Counted from the stretch's first letter, positions 16,887-26,934 are shown. The stretch is DNA of 52,066 bases from Candidatus Nealsonbacteria bacterium RIFOXYB1_FULL_40_15 (GCA_001821555.1 MHMM01000005.1:6956-59021); one strand, 5' to 3'. Made by a program: numbers and translations. Notes: a model not told the origin generated them from the letters alone.

Positions 16887-17987
16887 ATGAATCGAGAGAA
16901 AATAAAAAACGAAGACTTAGGATATAATTCTTTTTTTGAAGCCGAAAGAAACCGGCTCAAGATGAATGATTTTCCGGTTGCCCGGGTTATTTCCGAACTC
17001 AAAGAAGCATACAGGGTTAAAAATCCAAAAGGAGAGTTTTTTGCAAAAATCACCGGTAAGCAGATTTTTACAGCTTCTTCCAGAGAGGATTATCCTGCCG
17101 TTGGCGACTGGGTTGTTATTACCGAGCTTGATGAAGAACGCGCCGTTATTCGCGGTGTTTTTCCCAGGATGACGATGATTAAAAGAAAATACGGAGATAA
17201 GAATAGGGCTGGCGAGAAAAGCGAAACTCAAATTATTGCGACAAATATTGATGTTGCTTTTGTCGTTGAATCAGTCGATCGGGATTATAATTTGAACCGT
17301 TTTGAAAGATATTTTGCCATTGCAGAAAACGGGGGAGTAAAACCCGCAATTATACTTAATAAAATAGACCTTCTTTTGAAAGAAGACCTGGGAAAAAGAT
17401 TAACTCAATTGAGAAATAGGTTTCCCGGCATTGACATTATTTTAACGAGCGTCTTGAATAACGAGGGCCTTAATGAATTACGAAAATATATAATCAAAGG
17501 CAAGACATATTGCTTTTTGGGCTCATCTGGAGTGGGAAAATCCTCTCTAATCAATAAATTAATCGGCGAGAAAATAATTAAAACAGAGGATATTAGCTCT
17601 TATTCCGGCAGAGGCAAACATGCAACCACAAGCAGGCAGATGTATTTTCTGGATAACGGGGGGATAGTGATTGATAATCCGGGCATCCGCGAAGTCGGCA
17701 TGACCGATGTCGGCCAAGGAATTAATATAACCTTTAGCGAAATAGCTGCGTTGGCTCAAAAATGCAGATATACCGATTGCGCACATACTAATGAACCGGG
17801 TTGCGAGGTTATAAAAGCCGTAAAGTCCGGAAGATTGGATAAAGAAAAATACTCCAATTACATTAATCTTAGAAAAGAAGCCGAATATTATGAGATGAGC
17901 GATGTTGAAAGAAGAGAAAAAGACCGCCAGTTTGGCAAGTTTGTAAAGAATGCCATTAAAGATCTAAAAAAATACAAGGATAATTAA
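16887..17987 (+). CDS. rsgA: Ribosome small subunit-dependent GTPase A
   Basis: PAVGDWV, NKID, GSSGVGKSS, GKHATT, DNPG, C-x4-C-x-H-x5-C zinc finger. Confidence 0.93.
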   Translation: MNREKIKNEDLGYNSFFEAERNRLKMNDFPVARVISELKEAYRVKNPKGEFFAKITGKQIFTASSREDYPAVGDWVVITELDEERAVIRGVFPRMTMIKRKYGDKNRAGEKSETQIIATNIDVAFVVESVDRDYNLNRFERYFAIAENGGVKPAIILNKIDLLLKEDLGKRLTQLRNRFPGIDIILTSVLNNEGLNELRKYIIKGKTYCFLGSSGVGKSSLINKLIGEKIIKTEDISSYSGRGKHATTSRQMYFLDNGGIVIDNPGIREVGMTDVGQGINITFSEIAALAQKCRYTDCAHTNEPGCEVIKAVKSGRLDKEKYSNYINLRKEAEYYEMSDVERREKDRQFGKFVKNAIKDLKKYKDN

Positions 17988-18027
17988 ACTAAAATAAATC
18001 TGTTTTTGAATTGTGCAGAAAGTGAAT

Positions 18028-18498
18028 ATGGCATATAGGTATTTTTCAGCAGGGTACTTAGTAAGAAATGGAAAGGTTTTTTTGATACACCACAGAAAAT
18101 TTGATAAATGGACTCCGCCCGGAGGACATATTGAAGAAAATGAAACACCAGATCAGGCTCTGACAAGAGAATGGAAAGAAGAACTTTCTTTAGACATAGA
18201 TATTCTGCCAGCTTATCAATCTGCTTTTTCGGGTGATGCAAATGCCACGCCAGTGCCAATGCCATTTCATATTGATCTTGAGCGAGAGGGATTTGAGAGT
18301 CCTCATATCGGGTATTTTTTTTATGTTAAGCTGCGTGATGAAAGCCAAAAAATCAACATTTTAGAAAGAGAGATGTTTGGCACAGGATGGTTTTCTAAAA
18401 GTGAATTACCAGGACTTAAAACCTTTGATCAAGTGAAATCCTTAGCAAGATTTGCAATTGAAAACTACCCCGGTCCGACAGGAAGCATTAAAGAATAA
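18028..18498 (+). CDS. NUDIX hydrolase
   Basis: HHRKFDKWTPPGGHIEENETPDQALTREWKEEL. Confidence 0.9.
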   Translation: MAYRYFSAGYLVRNGKVFLIHHRKFDKWTPPGGHIEENETPDQALTREWKEELSLDIDILPAYQSAFSGDANATPVPMPFHIDLEREGFESPHIGYFFYVKLRDESQKINILEREMFGTGWFSKSELPGLKTFDQVKSLARFAIENYPGPTGSIKE

Positions 18499-18503
18499 AA
18501 AAT

Positions 18504-18534
18504 CCGCCAAGAAAAAGTTTTCTTAGCGGTTTTA
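18504..18534 (+). terminator. Intrinsic terminator closing the accessory gene run
   Basis: CCGCCAAGAAAA/TTTTCTTAGCGG followed by a T-tract. Confidence 0.6.
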
Positions 18535-18775
18535 CTTTGAATTGAGAACCGCTAGTCCACTAGGGGGAAATAACTTATTCTTGTTCAAACAGAAGGGTTG
18601 TTAACAGAACTGTGGAAAAATCCTGTGGAGAACCGGTTTGACTGCCCTTTTGGCCGGCAATATTATCAAGATTAAGCGAAAAGCATTATAGAAAATGCGC
18701 GTAAAAGGTCGAAGGGATTAATAACAAACTATTTATTCAAGCCAATCTTGGGTAAATAAGGTTAAAAGAAAAAAT

Positions 18776-19840
18776 ATGAAAAAAATAATAATTAGTTTAA
18801 GCGTAATTGGCGTAATCGCCGTGGCCGTGATTGGAGGAACAGTTGCTTATTTCACAGACACAGAAACAAGCGTTGGGAATACTTTTGCGGCAGGAACAAT
18901 AGATATTGAAGTAGATGGAGAAAATCCTTGGACAGAAACAGAAACTCTCAATGTTTCTGATATGAAACCGTCCCAGCATGAATATACAGAATATGTAATT
19001 CATAATGTCGGAGAAAACCCTGCAAACATATTCAAAACAATAAGCAATATCAGAGAAGATGATGGGCAGGTGTCTGAATCAGAGTGTACGGATGCTGGGG
19101 GGGCATGGGAGGGTGAAGGAGAGTGCAGTAATTATACATCCAAAGACGATATATCGTCTGTGGTGAAATACGATATGTCTGTTTGGGTTTATAACGAAAA
19201 CCCCGAAGATTCCCAAGCCAAGCCAATATGGTGGCAAGTCATATATACCGATGGAATGGGAGAAACATTAAAGAGCATTGAGAATGTTGATGTTTTGTTG
19301 GGAATGTTGCCAGCCGGCTGGTATATGAAAGTTCAGCAGAGCTATCATATGGACGGAGAAGCAGGAAACGAATATCAAGGGGATATCATGAATTTTGATA
19401 TTACTCTTAAAGCAGAACAGTTGATAAATACTGTGATTTTGGAGAATAAAATATTTCCAGCAGGAGAAGAGCCCACAATAGAGTATGATTCTATAAGTGC
19501 GAAGGTTGAATATACCGTAAAGGATGCAGAATTTGACTATGTGTTGACAGTGAACGGCATGTCAAACGGACAATACACCCTAATCGCATGGGATGATACT
19601 CCCAATGGTTATACATTTGATTGGAATAATAGAGGAAGCGCTATTTCTCTGGCTAATATAACTGTAAGCGGAGATCCTGCCAGTGTGAGTGGAAGCATTG
19701 ATCTTGAAAGGGATCTTATCAATGCCAAGCTATGGTTGATTACCGGAACCTATCCGGTTGGCAGTCCTGTAGGTAGCTTTGGATGGAATCCAAACGGATT
19801 ATTTGAAACTGCCTTGATGGACTACTACGATAGTTTGTAA
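18776..19840 (+). CDS. TasA/camelysin (M73)-family protein with SipW-type signal peptide
   Basis: MKKIIISL...GGTVAYFTDTETSVGNTFAAGTIDI; 'AGNEYQG' motif. Confidence 0.85.
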   Translation: MKKIIISLSVIGVIAVAVIGGTVAYFTDTETSVGNTFAAGTIDIEVDGENPWTETETLNVSDMKPSQHEYTEYVIHNVGENPANIFKTISNIREDDGQVSESECTDAGGAWEGEGECSNYTSKDDISSVVKYDMSVWVYNENPEDSQAKPIWWQVIYTDGMGETLKSIENVDVLLGMLPAGWYMKVQQSYHMDGEAGNEYQGDIMNFDITLKAEQLINTVILENKIFPAGEEPTIEYDSISAKVEYTVKDAEFDYVLTVNGMSNGQYTLIAWDDTPNGYTFDWNNRGSAISLANITVSGDPASVSGSIDLERDLINAKLWLITGTYPVGSPVGSFGWNPNGLFETALMDYYDSL

Positions 19841-19892
19841 GTTTTGATTGTTTATGAATCCCTGCTTTCTTCGAAGGCGGGGGTTATAAGCA

Positions 19893-20402
19893 ATGAAAAC
19901 AGCAATTAAAATAATATACTATGCCTGCCTGGGAATTTTGGCTGCTATTGCCTTATTTTTGATGGCTTCTGCTCTTCCGATTACCGGTAACTACAAAATT
20001 AAAATTGTTCTTTCAGGATCAATGGAGCCGACTATAAACAAGGGGAGCATTGTCGTGATTAAGCCAGAAGAAAGATATAATTTGGGAGACATAGTTAATT
20101 TTAAACGGGGGAGCAGGGGAGAAACGATTACCCATAGAATAATCGCAGAAGAAAAATCAGGATATATAACAAAAGGAGACGCCAATGACGGGCCTGACAG
20201 GCAAGAGGTCGGGAGAGCTGATATACTCGGCAGGGTGTTAATATATATTCCTTATTTGGGATACTTGGTTTCTTTTGTTCAAAAGCCCGCCGGATTTGTT
20301 ATTACGATAATCGTTCCTGCTGCGATAATAATCGGCGATGAAATAAAGAAAATATATGAGGAAATCCTCAATAAGAAAAAGAAAAAAGCCCGTATCAGCT
20401 AA
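19893..20402 (+). CDS. sipW: Signal peptidase I, SipW/archaeal type
   Basis: VLSGSMEP, ITHRI, ITKGDAN, IPYLGY. Confidence 0.9.
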   Translation: MKTAIKIIYYACLGILAAIALFLMASALPITGNYKIKIVLSGSMEPTINKGSIVVIKPEERYNLGDIVNFKRGSRGETITHRIIAEEKSGYITKGDANDGPDRQEVGRADILGRVLIYIPYLGYLVSFVQKPAGFVITIIVPAAIIIGDEIKKIYEEILNKKKKKARIS

Positions 20403-21333
20403 AAGATATCAAAGAAGGAAAAAAGCGATTTCTTACAATATAGAAAAGGATATTTTTTGGCTGAAAGGATCGGCCATTCTCAAAATGGCGGCAGTTTCTC
20501 TGGTCGTTTACTCTAGCTGGCTTAATATTTTGGATATCGGCCATACTTTTTCTTACTTTAATGACGCAGAAAAAAACGCAGACAACAGATATGAAGCAGG
20601 TTTATTAGATTTTTCTTTGGAGGAGCGTAAAAAGTCTCCTTTAAAAATAAATTATTCTTCAACCGGGGTAAAAACAATTAAGATTTTGAATAATGGAAAT
20701 TTGAATTTCAACTATACTGCAGAAGGAATAGATTTTAAGGGGCAGCTTTGCAATTTTTTGGAAGTGAGAGCAAAAGCAAACGGAAAAGAAAAGTATGCCG
20801 GAGATCTTACTGATTTAAACTTTGGAGCGTTGTTCTCTGAATCGGAAAATCTCCATTTCTCCTTCAGCTTTGAGGGAAACGAAACAGATTATCCCGGATC
20901 GTCTTGCAGTTTTTACATCAATTTTAAAGGGTGGAGAGAAGATGCCCCGGATTTTTCAATTCCCGGGTTTAGCGACGAAGAAAAAGTATTTATAGAAGTA
21001 ATTCTTAAGAAGCCAAAATTAAAGCCGGCTGACCTGCCTCAAGAAGATATTGCTGTTATATCTTTGGATATAACAGACATGCCGGTTATTCAAGAAGAAA
21101 TCCAGGAAAACAAAAATGAAAATCTGCCCCAAGAAGAGCCATCTGGCTCTAGAGAGGACGCTGTTCTTGAAGAGCCATTGCCGCAAGAAGATCAAGAAGA
21201 AATTTTGTTTCAAGAAGAGCCATCTGCATCCAAAGAAGATCCTGTTATAGAAGAAGTATTCTTGCAAAAAGATTTAGAAACAGAGGAAAAAGAAATAATA
21301 GAGGGTTCGCCCGTAGAGGAAAATGCGCAATAG
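20356..21333 (+). CDS. Second SipW-cognate secreted protein with acidic repetitive tail (TapA-like position)
   Basis: TFSYFNDAE...YEAGLLDF motif; tail repeats QEEPSGSREDAVLEE / QEEPSASKEDPVIEE; start uncertain. Confidence 0.65.
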   Translation: MRKSSIRKRKKPVSAKRYQRRKKAISYNIEKDIFWLKGSAILKMAAVSLVVYSSWLNILDIGHTFSYFNDAEKNADNRYEAGLLDFSLEERKKSPLKINYSSTGVKTIKILNNGNLNFNYTAEGIDFKGQLCNFLEVRAKANGKEKYAGDLTDLNFGALFSESENLHFSFSFEGNETDYPGSSCSFYINFKGWREDAPDFSIPGFSDEEKVFIEVILKKPKLKPADLPQEDIAVISLDITDMPVIQEEIQENKNENLPQEEPSGSREDAVLEEPLPQEDQEEILFQEEPSASKEDPVIEEVFLQKDLETEEKEIIEGSPVEENAQ

Positions 21334-21345
21334 ATATAAAAAGGT

Positions 21346-22596
21346 TTAGTTGACGCGGAAATTCTTTCTTCTATAGCCGCGCCATCTTTTTTTATTTGGC
21401 CGAAAATTGTTTGTATAATCGCATTCTAATTTGCTTATAGGCAGATTGCCGGGCAATCTGGAAATAGGCAAGTTTATTTTTGTCAGCTTTTCTATTTCCC
21501 TAATCTTAGGTTTTTGGTCTGGCATGGCAAACGATATTGCCTTTCCTTTCATTCCGGCTCTTCCGGTTCGGCCAATGCGATGGACATAATCTTCTGCGTT
21601 TTCGGGAAGGTCGTAATTGACAACCAATTCAATATTTTTTACGTCTATGCCGCGCGAAGCTATATCTGTCGCCGTTAAAACCCTGTATTTTCCGGATTTG
21701 AATCCTTGCAATGCTTCCTTTCTTTGCCCTAAAGATCTGTTTGAGTGTATTTCGGCTGCGGATATGCCAGTTTCTTTTAGAAAATTACAAACCTTCTTGG
21801 CTCCGTGCTTGACCCTTATAAATATCAATACGCTTCCATTATATTCTGAAAGCAAGCTTTTTAAGAGGGCTGATTTCTGGTTTTTTGATACGAAAAAAAG
21901 CTGGTGTTCAATATTTTCGGCCATTGTTCCGGATTTGGCTATTTCTATCCTAACTGGCAACTTCATGTAGTTTGAAGCTATCTTGGCAATGCTATCTGGT
22001 ATGGTGGCGGAGAAAAGCATTGTTTGGCGGTTCTTTGGAACGACCTGCAGAATTTTATTTATCTGCGGGGCAAATCCCATATCCAGCATCCTATCGGCCT
22101 CGTCTAAAACCAAAATATCAACATTGTTTAAATTTAATGTTTTTTGGTGGATATGGTCGTTTATTCTTCCCGGGGTTCCTATAATAATATGAGGATTATT
22201 CCTTATCATTCTTATCTGTCTGTATATCGGAACTCCTCCGATTAAAGTAGCTGTTTTTAGGCCGAAAGCACGGCCGATCTTTGACAGAGTTTCTTCAACT
22301 TGCATCGCTAATTCTCTGGTTGGAAGAATAATCAGGCCCTTTCCGTTTTTTGTTTTTTGAATAACGCTCTGTATCAAAGGAACGCTAAAGGCCAGCGTTT
22401 TGCCCGTGCCGGTTTGGGCAATCCCAATAATGTCTTTGCCTTGAATTGACAGGGGAATGGCTTGATTTTGTATGGGAGTCGGAATTTTGTACCCCAAGCG
22501 ATCCAGGGCATCAAATAATCTCCGGTCTATTCCAAGACCGATAAAAGTTGCTCCCGGCTTGGTGTTTTCTGATTTGTCTATCTGTAATTGATTCAT
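21346..22596 (-). CDS. DEAD-box RNA helicase (RhlE-like)
   Basis: PTPIQ, AQTGTGKT, PTRELA, DEAD, SAT, HRIGRTGR. Confidence 0.95.
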   Translation of the reverse strand: MNQLQIDKSENTKPGATFIGLGIDRRLFDALDRLGYKIPTPIQNQAIPLSIQGKDIIGIAQTGTGKTLAFSVPLIQSVIQKTKNGKGLIILPTRELAMQVEETLSKIGRAFGLKTATLIGGVPIYRQIRMIRNNPHIIIGTPGRINDHIHQKTLNLNNVDILVLDEADRMLDMGFAPQINKILQVVPKNRQTMLFSATIPDSIAKIASNYMKLPVRIEIAKSGTMAENIEHQLFFVSKNQKSALLKSLLSEYNGSVLIFIRVKHGAKKVCNFLKETGISAAEIHSNRSLGQRKEALQGFKSGKYRVLTATDIASRGIDVKNIELVVNYDLPENAEDYVHRIGRTGRAGMKGKAISFAMPDQKPKIREIEKLTKINLPISRLPGNLPISKLECDYTNNFRPNKKRWRGYRRKNFRVN

Positions 22597-22604
22597 ATCT
22601 TTTA

Positions 22605-22633
22605 ATTATACATCAAAGTATTTTAGATGTCAA
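22605..22633 (-). promoter_or_regulatory. Consensus promoter of the DEAD-box helicase
   Basis: Minus strand TTGACA-17 nt-TATAAT, 8 nt from the ATG. Confidence 0.75.
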
Positions 22634-22734
22634 TTTAATGCCCCTTTCCTATTGACATGGGCATAGTTATGAATATATAATCAAAATAGAGGGGCTAGGT
22701 CATCCTCTCTGAATAATAATTAAATATTTAAATT

Positions 22735-22953
22735 ATGCCAAGATTTGACGGAACAGGCCCCGGAGGAGCAGGCTCTAAGACAGGTTGGGGAAGAGGCCCC
22801 TGCGGATCAGGCCTTAGAAGATGCTTTGGAAGATTTTGGAGCAATCCAATTTTGACCAAAGATCAGGAAATTGAGGTTTTATCTTCTGAAGCAGAATCTT
22901 TGGAAGAGGAGCTTAAGGCGGTAAAAAATCGCCTGGAAGAGCTTAAGAAATAA
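22735..22953 (+). CDS. DUF5320-family small protein
   Basis: MPRFDGTGP.G.G..TGWGRGPC followed by a C-terminal coiled coil. Confidence 0.8.
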   Translation: MPRFDGTGPGGAGSKTGWGRGPCGSGLRRCFGRFWSNPILTKDQEIEVLSSEAESLEEELKAVKNRLEELKK

Positions 22954-23004
22954 CCGAAATATGCTGCGGGCTTCTGCCCGCAGTATTATTCTCAACTAAA
23001 AGAT

Positions 23005-23292
23005 ATGGTAAGACCCTTAAAACCAAGGAAAATATTGTTTGATCCTTCCGTAACCTACTTTAAGCCCAGAGCCGTTCCTTTGTCTATGCTTGAGGAGATA
23101 GAACTGAATATAGACGAACTAGAAGCTTTGCGGTTGAGAGATTACGAGGGTATAGAGCAGATAGAAGCTGCCGAGAAAATGAAGATTTCCCAAAGCACCT
23201 TTCAAAGGATTTTGTCATCTGCCAGAAAGAAAGTTTCCGAAGCTTTGATTGAAGGGAAAGCGATAAAGCTAAGCAATAAACCTAAACGTTAG
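23005..23292 (+). CDS. DUF134 DNA-binding protein
   Basis: MVRPLKPR..YFKP, DELEALRL, EAAEKMKISQSTFQRILSSARKKVSEALIEGKAI. Confidence 0.88.
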   Translation: MVRPLKPRKILFDPSVTYFKPRAVPLSMLEEIELNIDELEALRLRDYEGIEQIEAAEKMKISQSTFQRILSSARKKVSEALIEGKAIKLSNKPKR

Positions 23293-23298
23293 ATATCC

Positions 23299-23799
23299 TT
23301 ATCTTATAATCTTGATGCCGGCGGGAAGTTTCTGGCTGATAATGTTTAAATCAAGTTCTGAATAGTTGTTGCCGGAAATATCAAATGTTTTTAGATTCTT
23401 AAGATTCCCGAGCTCATAAGGCAATCCAGTGAGCTGGTTATCTGATAAATCCAGTACTTCCAAATTGATAAGCTGGCCTATTTCAGCAGGCGCGCCGGTC
23501 ATAAGATTGTTGCTGGCATTTAATACCTTAAGATTTTTGAGGTTTCTTATTTCTGCTTGAATTGCTCCGCCGATTTTGTTATTGGATATATCCAGTTCTT
23601 CTAATTCTTGCATGCCAAAAACGTAGCCAGGGATTTTATCAAGACTTTGGTTGCTTAAATCCAACTTTCTCTCCGCTGCTACTCCGCCATTATTATTTTT
23701 CGGATTTTCAATATTGCCGAATAACTGCTGGTCGAAGAAGGTATAGCCAGAAAGAGCGACAGCCACAATAATTAAGATTCCAATGATTATACTTTTCAT
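23299..23799 (-). CDS. Secreted/anchored leucine-rich repeat protein
   Basis: N-terminal hydrophobic segment; about five LxxLxLSxNxL repeats. Confidence 0.88.
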   Translation of the reverse strand: MKSIIIGILIIVAVALSGYTFFDQQLFGNIENPKNNNGGVAAERKLDLSNQSLDKIPGYVFGMQELEELDISNNKIGGAIQAEIRNLKNLKVLNASNNLMTGAPAEIGQLINLEVLDLSDNQLTGLPYELGNLKNLKTFDISGNNYSELDLNIISQKLPAGIKIIR

Positions 23800-23826
23800 A
23801 AAAAATTATATGGTCAAGGCAACTTC

Positions 23827-24384
23827 TTAGAAATTGTCTTTTACTGTAAATATTACAAGTCTTTTGGTATATGTTTTTTTGCTTTCTATCCAGTCTCCGT
23901 TGCAGGTAATAAGGTTTAGATATGAATTATTATCTTCTTTATGAAATATTTCAGGAGCCGGATCTGCAGGATTATAAATACGGCTTCCTTGGACTGTAAA
24001 AGATAAAAGATTTCCCCTGTCATCTTTTATGTAAACCTTGTCTCCCTCTTTTAGCTTGTGTAGTTTGTCAAAAACTGATCCTACTCCTATTTTCCAGGGC
24101 CCAAAATGGCCTGTTATTATAGAGCTTCCGGGGCTTCCGGGCTTAGGCCCTAAATTGAACCAGGCCACATCGCCGGGAGTTGAAGGAGCTCCTACCGATC
24201 CGTCATCTGCTAATCCTAGATGAATTATATTTGCATCTACGTCAATAGAAGGAATAACAAGCCGGACAGGATATCCGGGCTCTTCAGAAACAGAAGGCCC
24301 GCCCGGAATATCCTGTTCTACGGCAGGAGCCGCCAGCAAAGAAAGAAGTATGACTATAATTGGAATTATTTTCAATACCATCAT
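23827..24384 (-). CDS. Class F sortase
   Basis: PVRLVIPSIDVDA, PGSPGSSIITGH, LNLITC, KRLVIF (His/Cys/Arg triad). Confidence 0.9.
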   Translation of the reverse strand: MMVLKIIPIIVILLSLLAAPAVEQDIPGGPSVSEEPGYPVRLVIPSIDVDANIIHLGLADDGSVGAPSTPGDVAWFNLGPKPGSPGSSIITGHFGPWKIGVGSVFDKLHKLKEGDKVYIKDDRGNLLSFTVQGSRIYNPADPAPEIFHKEDNNSYLNLITCNGDWIESKKTYTKRLVIFTVKDNF

Positions 24385-24432
24385 TCAGAGAAAATAAAAG
24401 CTGAAATTAATCAACTTTTATTTTTTAAAAAC

Positions 24433-24876
24433 TTACCTTGCCCAGTTTAGCTTATAAGCTAAAAATAGCAAGAGGGATGCCAAGGCAATAGATCCTGCAA
24501 TAGCCAAAGTATTCAGTCCCTGCGGGGCTAAGCCTGTATCAGGTAGCGTTGTTACGGTGAAATTTACCGAATTGGAGGCTGCTCCCCCCGGATTGACCAC
24601 GGTTATAGTCCTTGTTCCGGCTGTCGTAAGATTTGCCGCAGGCACTACTGCCGTAAGGCTTGTTCCGGACACAAACGTAGTCTGAAGGTCAACGTTATTC
24701 AGCCTTGCAACCGAACCCGAAACGAAATTTGTTCCGGTAATTGTTACGGTTGTGGCAGAACTTCCTAAAGATACTGAACTTGGAGAAATGCTGGTAATGG
24801 TCGGATTCGCCTGGGCAAGAGTGACTGCGGGGAGAACCAGTGCCAAAGCTACCGCCAATAATAACTTTCTATACAT
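24433..24876 (-). CDS. IPT/TIG-domain surface protein with LPXTG sorting signal
   Basis: Signal peptide, PTITSISP...TITGTNF Ig-like domain, LPDTG + TM helix + basic tail. Confidence 0.88.
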   Translation of the reverse strand: MYRKLLLAVALALVLPAVTLAQANPTITSISPSSVSLGSSATTVTITGTNFVSGSVARLNNVDLQTTFVSGTSLTAVVPAANLTTAGTRTITVVNPGGAASNSVNFTVTTLPDTGLAPQGLNTLAIAGSIALASLLLFLAYKLNWAR

Positions 24877-25022
24877 AAAATTATATATTAATTTAATTAA
24901 TTTATGTCGGCCTTTTTATTTGTACTATAAATAATACAGAATATAGATTAAAAATTATTTAAAATATGCTAATATTATTACCGTAGTTGCTTTTTGAAGC
25001 AATTTTCGTAATATATTTATTG

Positions 25023-25547
25023 ATGCAAAAAAAGGAAAATAAGGAATTCGCCAAAGTCTATGACGATTACGCCGTCCGTATTTATAATTTTATTTATTAC
25101 AAGACTCACCATAAAGAAACAGCGGAGGATTTGGCGAGCCAAACATTCTTAAAGGCCTTTTCAAAGTATGAAACGTTTGATATCAATAGGGGATCAGTTT
25201 CTTCGTGGCTTTATAGAATAGCCAGAAACACGGTGATAGATTTTTACAGAACTAAAAAAAATATCTTAAACATAGATGATGTCTGGGATCTTTCAAAAGA
25301 AAACGGGATAGAAAGAGATTTTGATACGTCAGAAAAACTTAAAGAGGTAAAGGGTTATCTGGAGAAGCTGAATAGCGTTCAAAGAGAAATAGTCATGTTG
25401 AGGATATGGGAGGGGATGTCTTACAAAGAAATAGGAGAGATAATCGGAAAAACCGAAGCCGGATCCAAGATGGCCTTTTTAAGGACTATGCAGGCACTGA
25501 AAAAAGAAATACCGGCCCTTCTTATGATATTTATGTTACTTTTTTAA
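25023..25547 (+). CDS. ECF sigma factor
   Basis: AEDLASQTFLKA, SWLYRIARNTVIDFYR, GMSYKEIGEIIG; likely start ATG25023. Confidence 0.9.
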   Translation: MQKKENKEFAKVYDDYAVRIYNFIYYKTHHKETAEDLASQTFLKAFSKYETFDINRGSVSSWLYRIARNTVIDFYRTKKNILNIDDVWDLSKENGIERDFDTSEKLKEVKGYLEKLNSVQREIVMLRIWEGMSYKEIGEIIGKTEAGSKMAFLRTMQALKKEIPALLMIFMLLF

Positions 25548-25569
25548 AGCAGAACGTATTAAACATTGT

Positions 25570-26907
25570 ATGGACAAAAAAACAAAAGAAATATTAGAAG
25601 AATTATATGCTATAGACCAGAGCTTTAGGGGCTATGAGAAGGACTTGGTTGAAATTATCCAGAAGCTTTTGTTGTCTAAGCCAGACACAAAAGTGAATGC
25701 TGAATTTATAAAAAAACTTAAATTGAAGGTGTCTGAAAAGCCGAAGACTTCCAGTATGCTATTCTTTAAATGGGCCCTGGCCGGAGTTTTTGCCTTGGCT
25801 TTGATTATCTTTTTTGCTTATCCAAAACAACAGCAAGATCAACAGTTTGCAGTTGAAGAAAAAATAGAAAAATTAGGCGAGAATGCTTTTGGAAGGATTT
25901 ATTTTTCCCAGCAGGATCAGCAGAAGTCGCTTTCTGTTGAAGGATCAAACAGGGCTTTCGGCGGAGGAGGGGACGATGCAATTATGCCTCCCATAGATAT
26001 GGTCAACTACAGGTATGCATATAAAGGGGAGGATTTTATGGTGGGAGAGGATAAAGTTATTGTCTACAGAAAAGCCAAAGGAAGTTCGATTGGAAATTCC
26101 TTGAATAATCTTCTTGGCGGAATAAGAACCGATCTTTTGGACGCAGGCAAGTTTTCAGACAGGAAAATCGGAAGCTTGGAGTTTTCCGAAGACAGAGATT
26201 TTGGATATTCTGTCTACTTTGACGCAAGGAATGATTCTGTATATATAAATCCAAATTGGGAGAAATGGCCCAATTACGGAGGAGTAACGCCGCTGTCAAA
26301 GTCTGTAGATTCGTCAATTGCAAGACCGGAAGGCAATCCGTTGGATCCGATTCCGGACAGCCATGCAATTTCTATAGCCGACAGTTTTGTTTCTCAATAT
26401 GGCCTGGATATGTCCGATTACGAGAAAGGAGAGGTTTTGAGGTTATGGTATGGAGGAGAAGATGTTGCAGTAGTTTATCCTCTAAAAGTGTCAGGACAAA
26501 TAGCCTATGAGGAAAATGGCCAGAAATACGGTCTTTATGTAAACGTGAGTTCAAGATATGAAAAAGTTACTTCGGCTGGGAATATTTCTCCAAATCTTTT
26601 TGAAAGCTCAGAATATGCTCCTGAATTGGATGCGGGAAAGGCGATAGAAATAGCCGAAAGGGGCGGGATATATGGGTATATACCGCTAATGGAATCCTCC
26701 GTGAGAACCGTGGATATAGAGCTGGGAACGCCCGAGAAAAAACTGGTTAAAATATGGGTTTATAGCGACAAATTCAATTCGGGGGAAATTTTCGCGCCAG
26801 CCCTGGTATTTCCTTTTTTAAACAAGCCGGAAGGATTCTATAGAGACAATATAGTTGTTCCTCTGGTCGGACTCTCAAACGAAGAGCCCGTAAGAGTGAT
26901 GAAATAA
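25570..26907 (+). CDS. Putative anti-sigma factor: single TM helix with a large extracellular domain
   Basis: Follows the ECF sigma gene; short cytoplasmic N-terminus, TM helix at about aa 65-85. Confidence 0.6.
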   Translation: MDKKTKEILEELYAIDQSFRGYEKDLVEIIQKLLLSKPDTKVNAEFIKKLKLKVSEKPKTSSMLFFKWALAGVFALALIIFFAYPKQQQDQQFAVEEKIEKLGENAFGRIYFSQQDQQKSLSVEGSNRAFGGGGDDAIMPPIDMVNYRYAYKGEDFMVGEDKVIVYRKAKGSSIGNSLNNLLGGIRTDLLDAGKFSDRKIGSLEFSEDRDFGYSVYFDARNDSVYINPNWEKWPNYGGVTPLSKSVDSSIARPEGNPLDPIPDSHAISIADSFVSQYGLDMSDYEKGEVLRLWYGGEDVAVVYPLKVSGQIAYEENGQKYGLYVNVSSRYEKVTSAGNISPNLFESSEYAPELDAGKAIEIAERGGIYGYIPLMESSVRTVDIELGTPEKKLVKIWVYSDKFNSGEIFAPALVFPFLNKPEGFYRDNIVVPLVGLSNEEPVRVMK

Positions 26908-26934
26908 AGCTAGTTCTTAGCTTGTAATATACTA

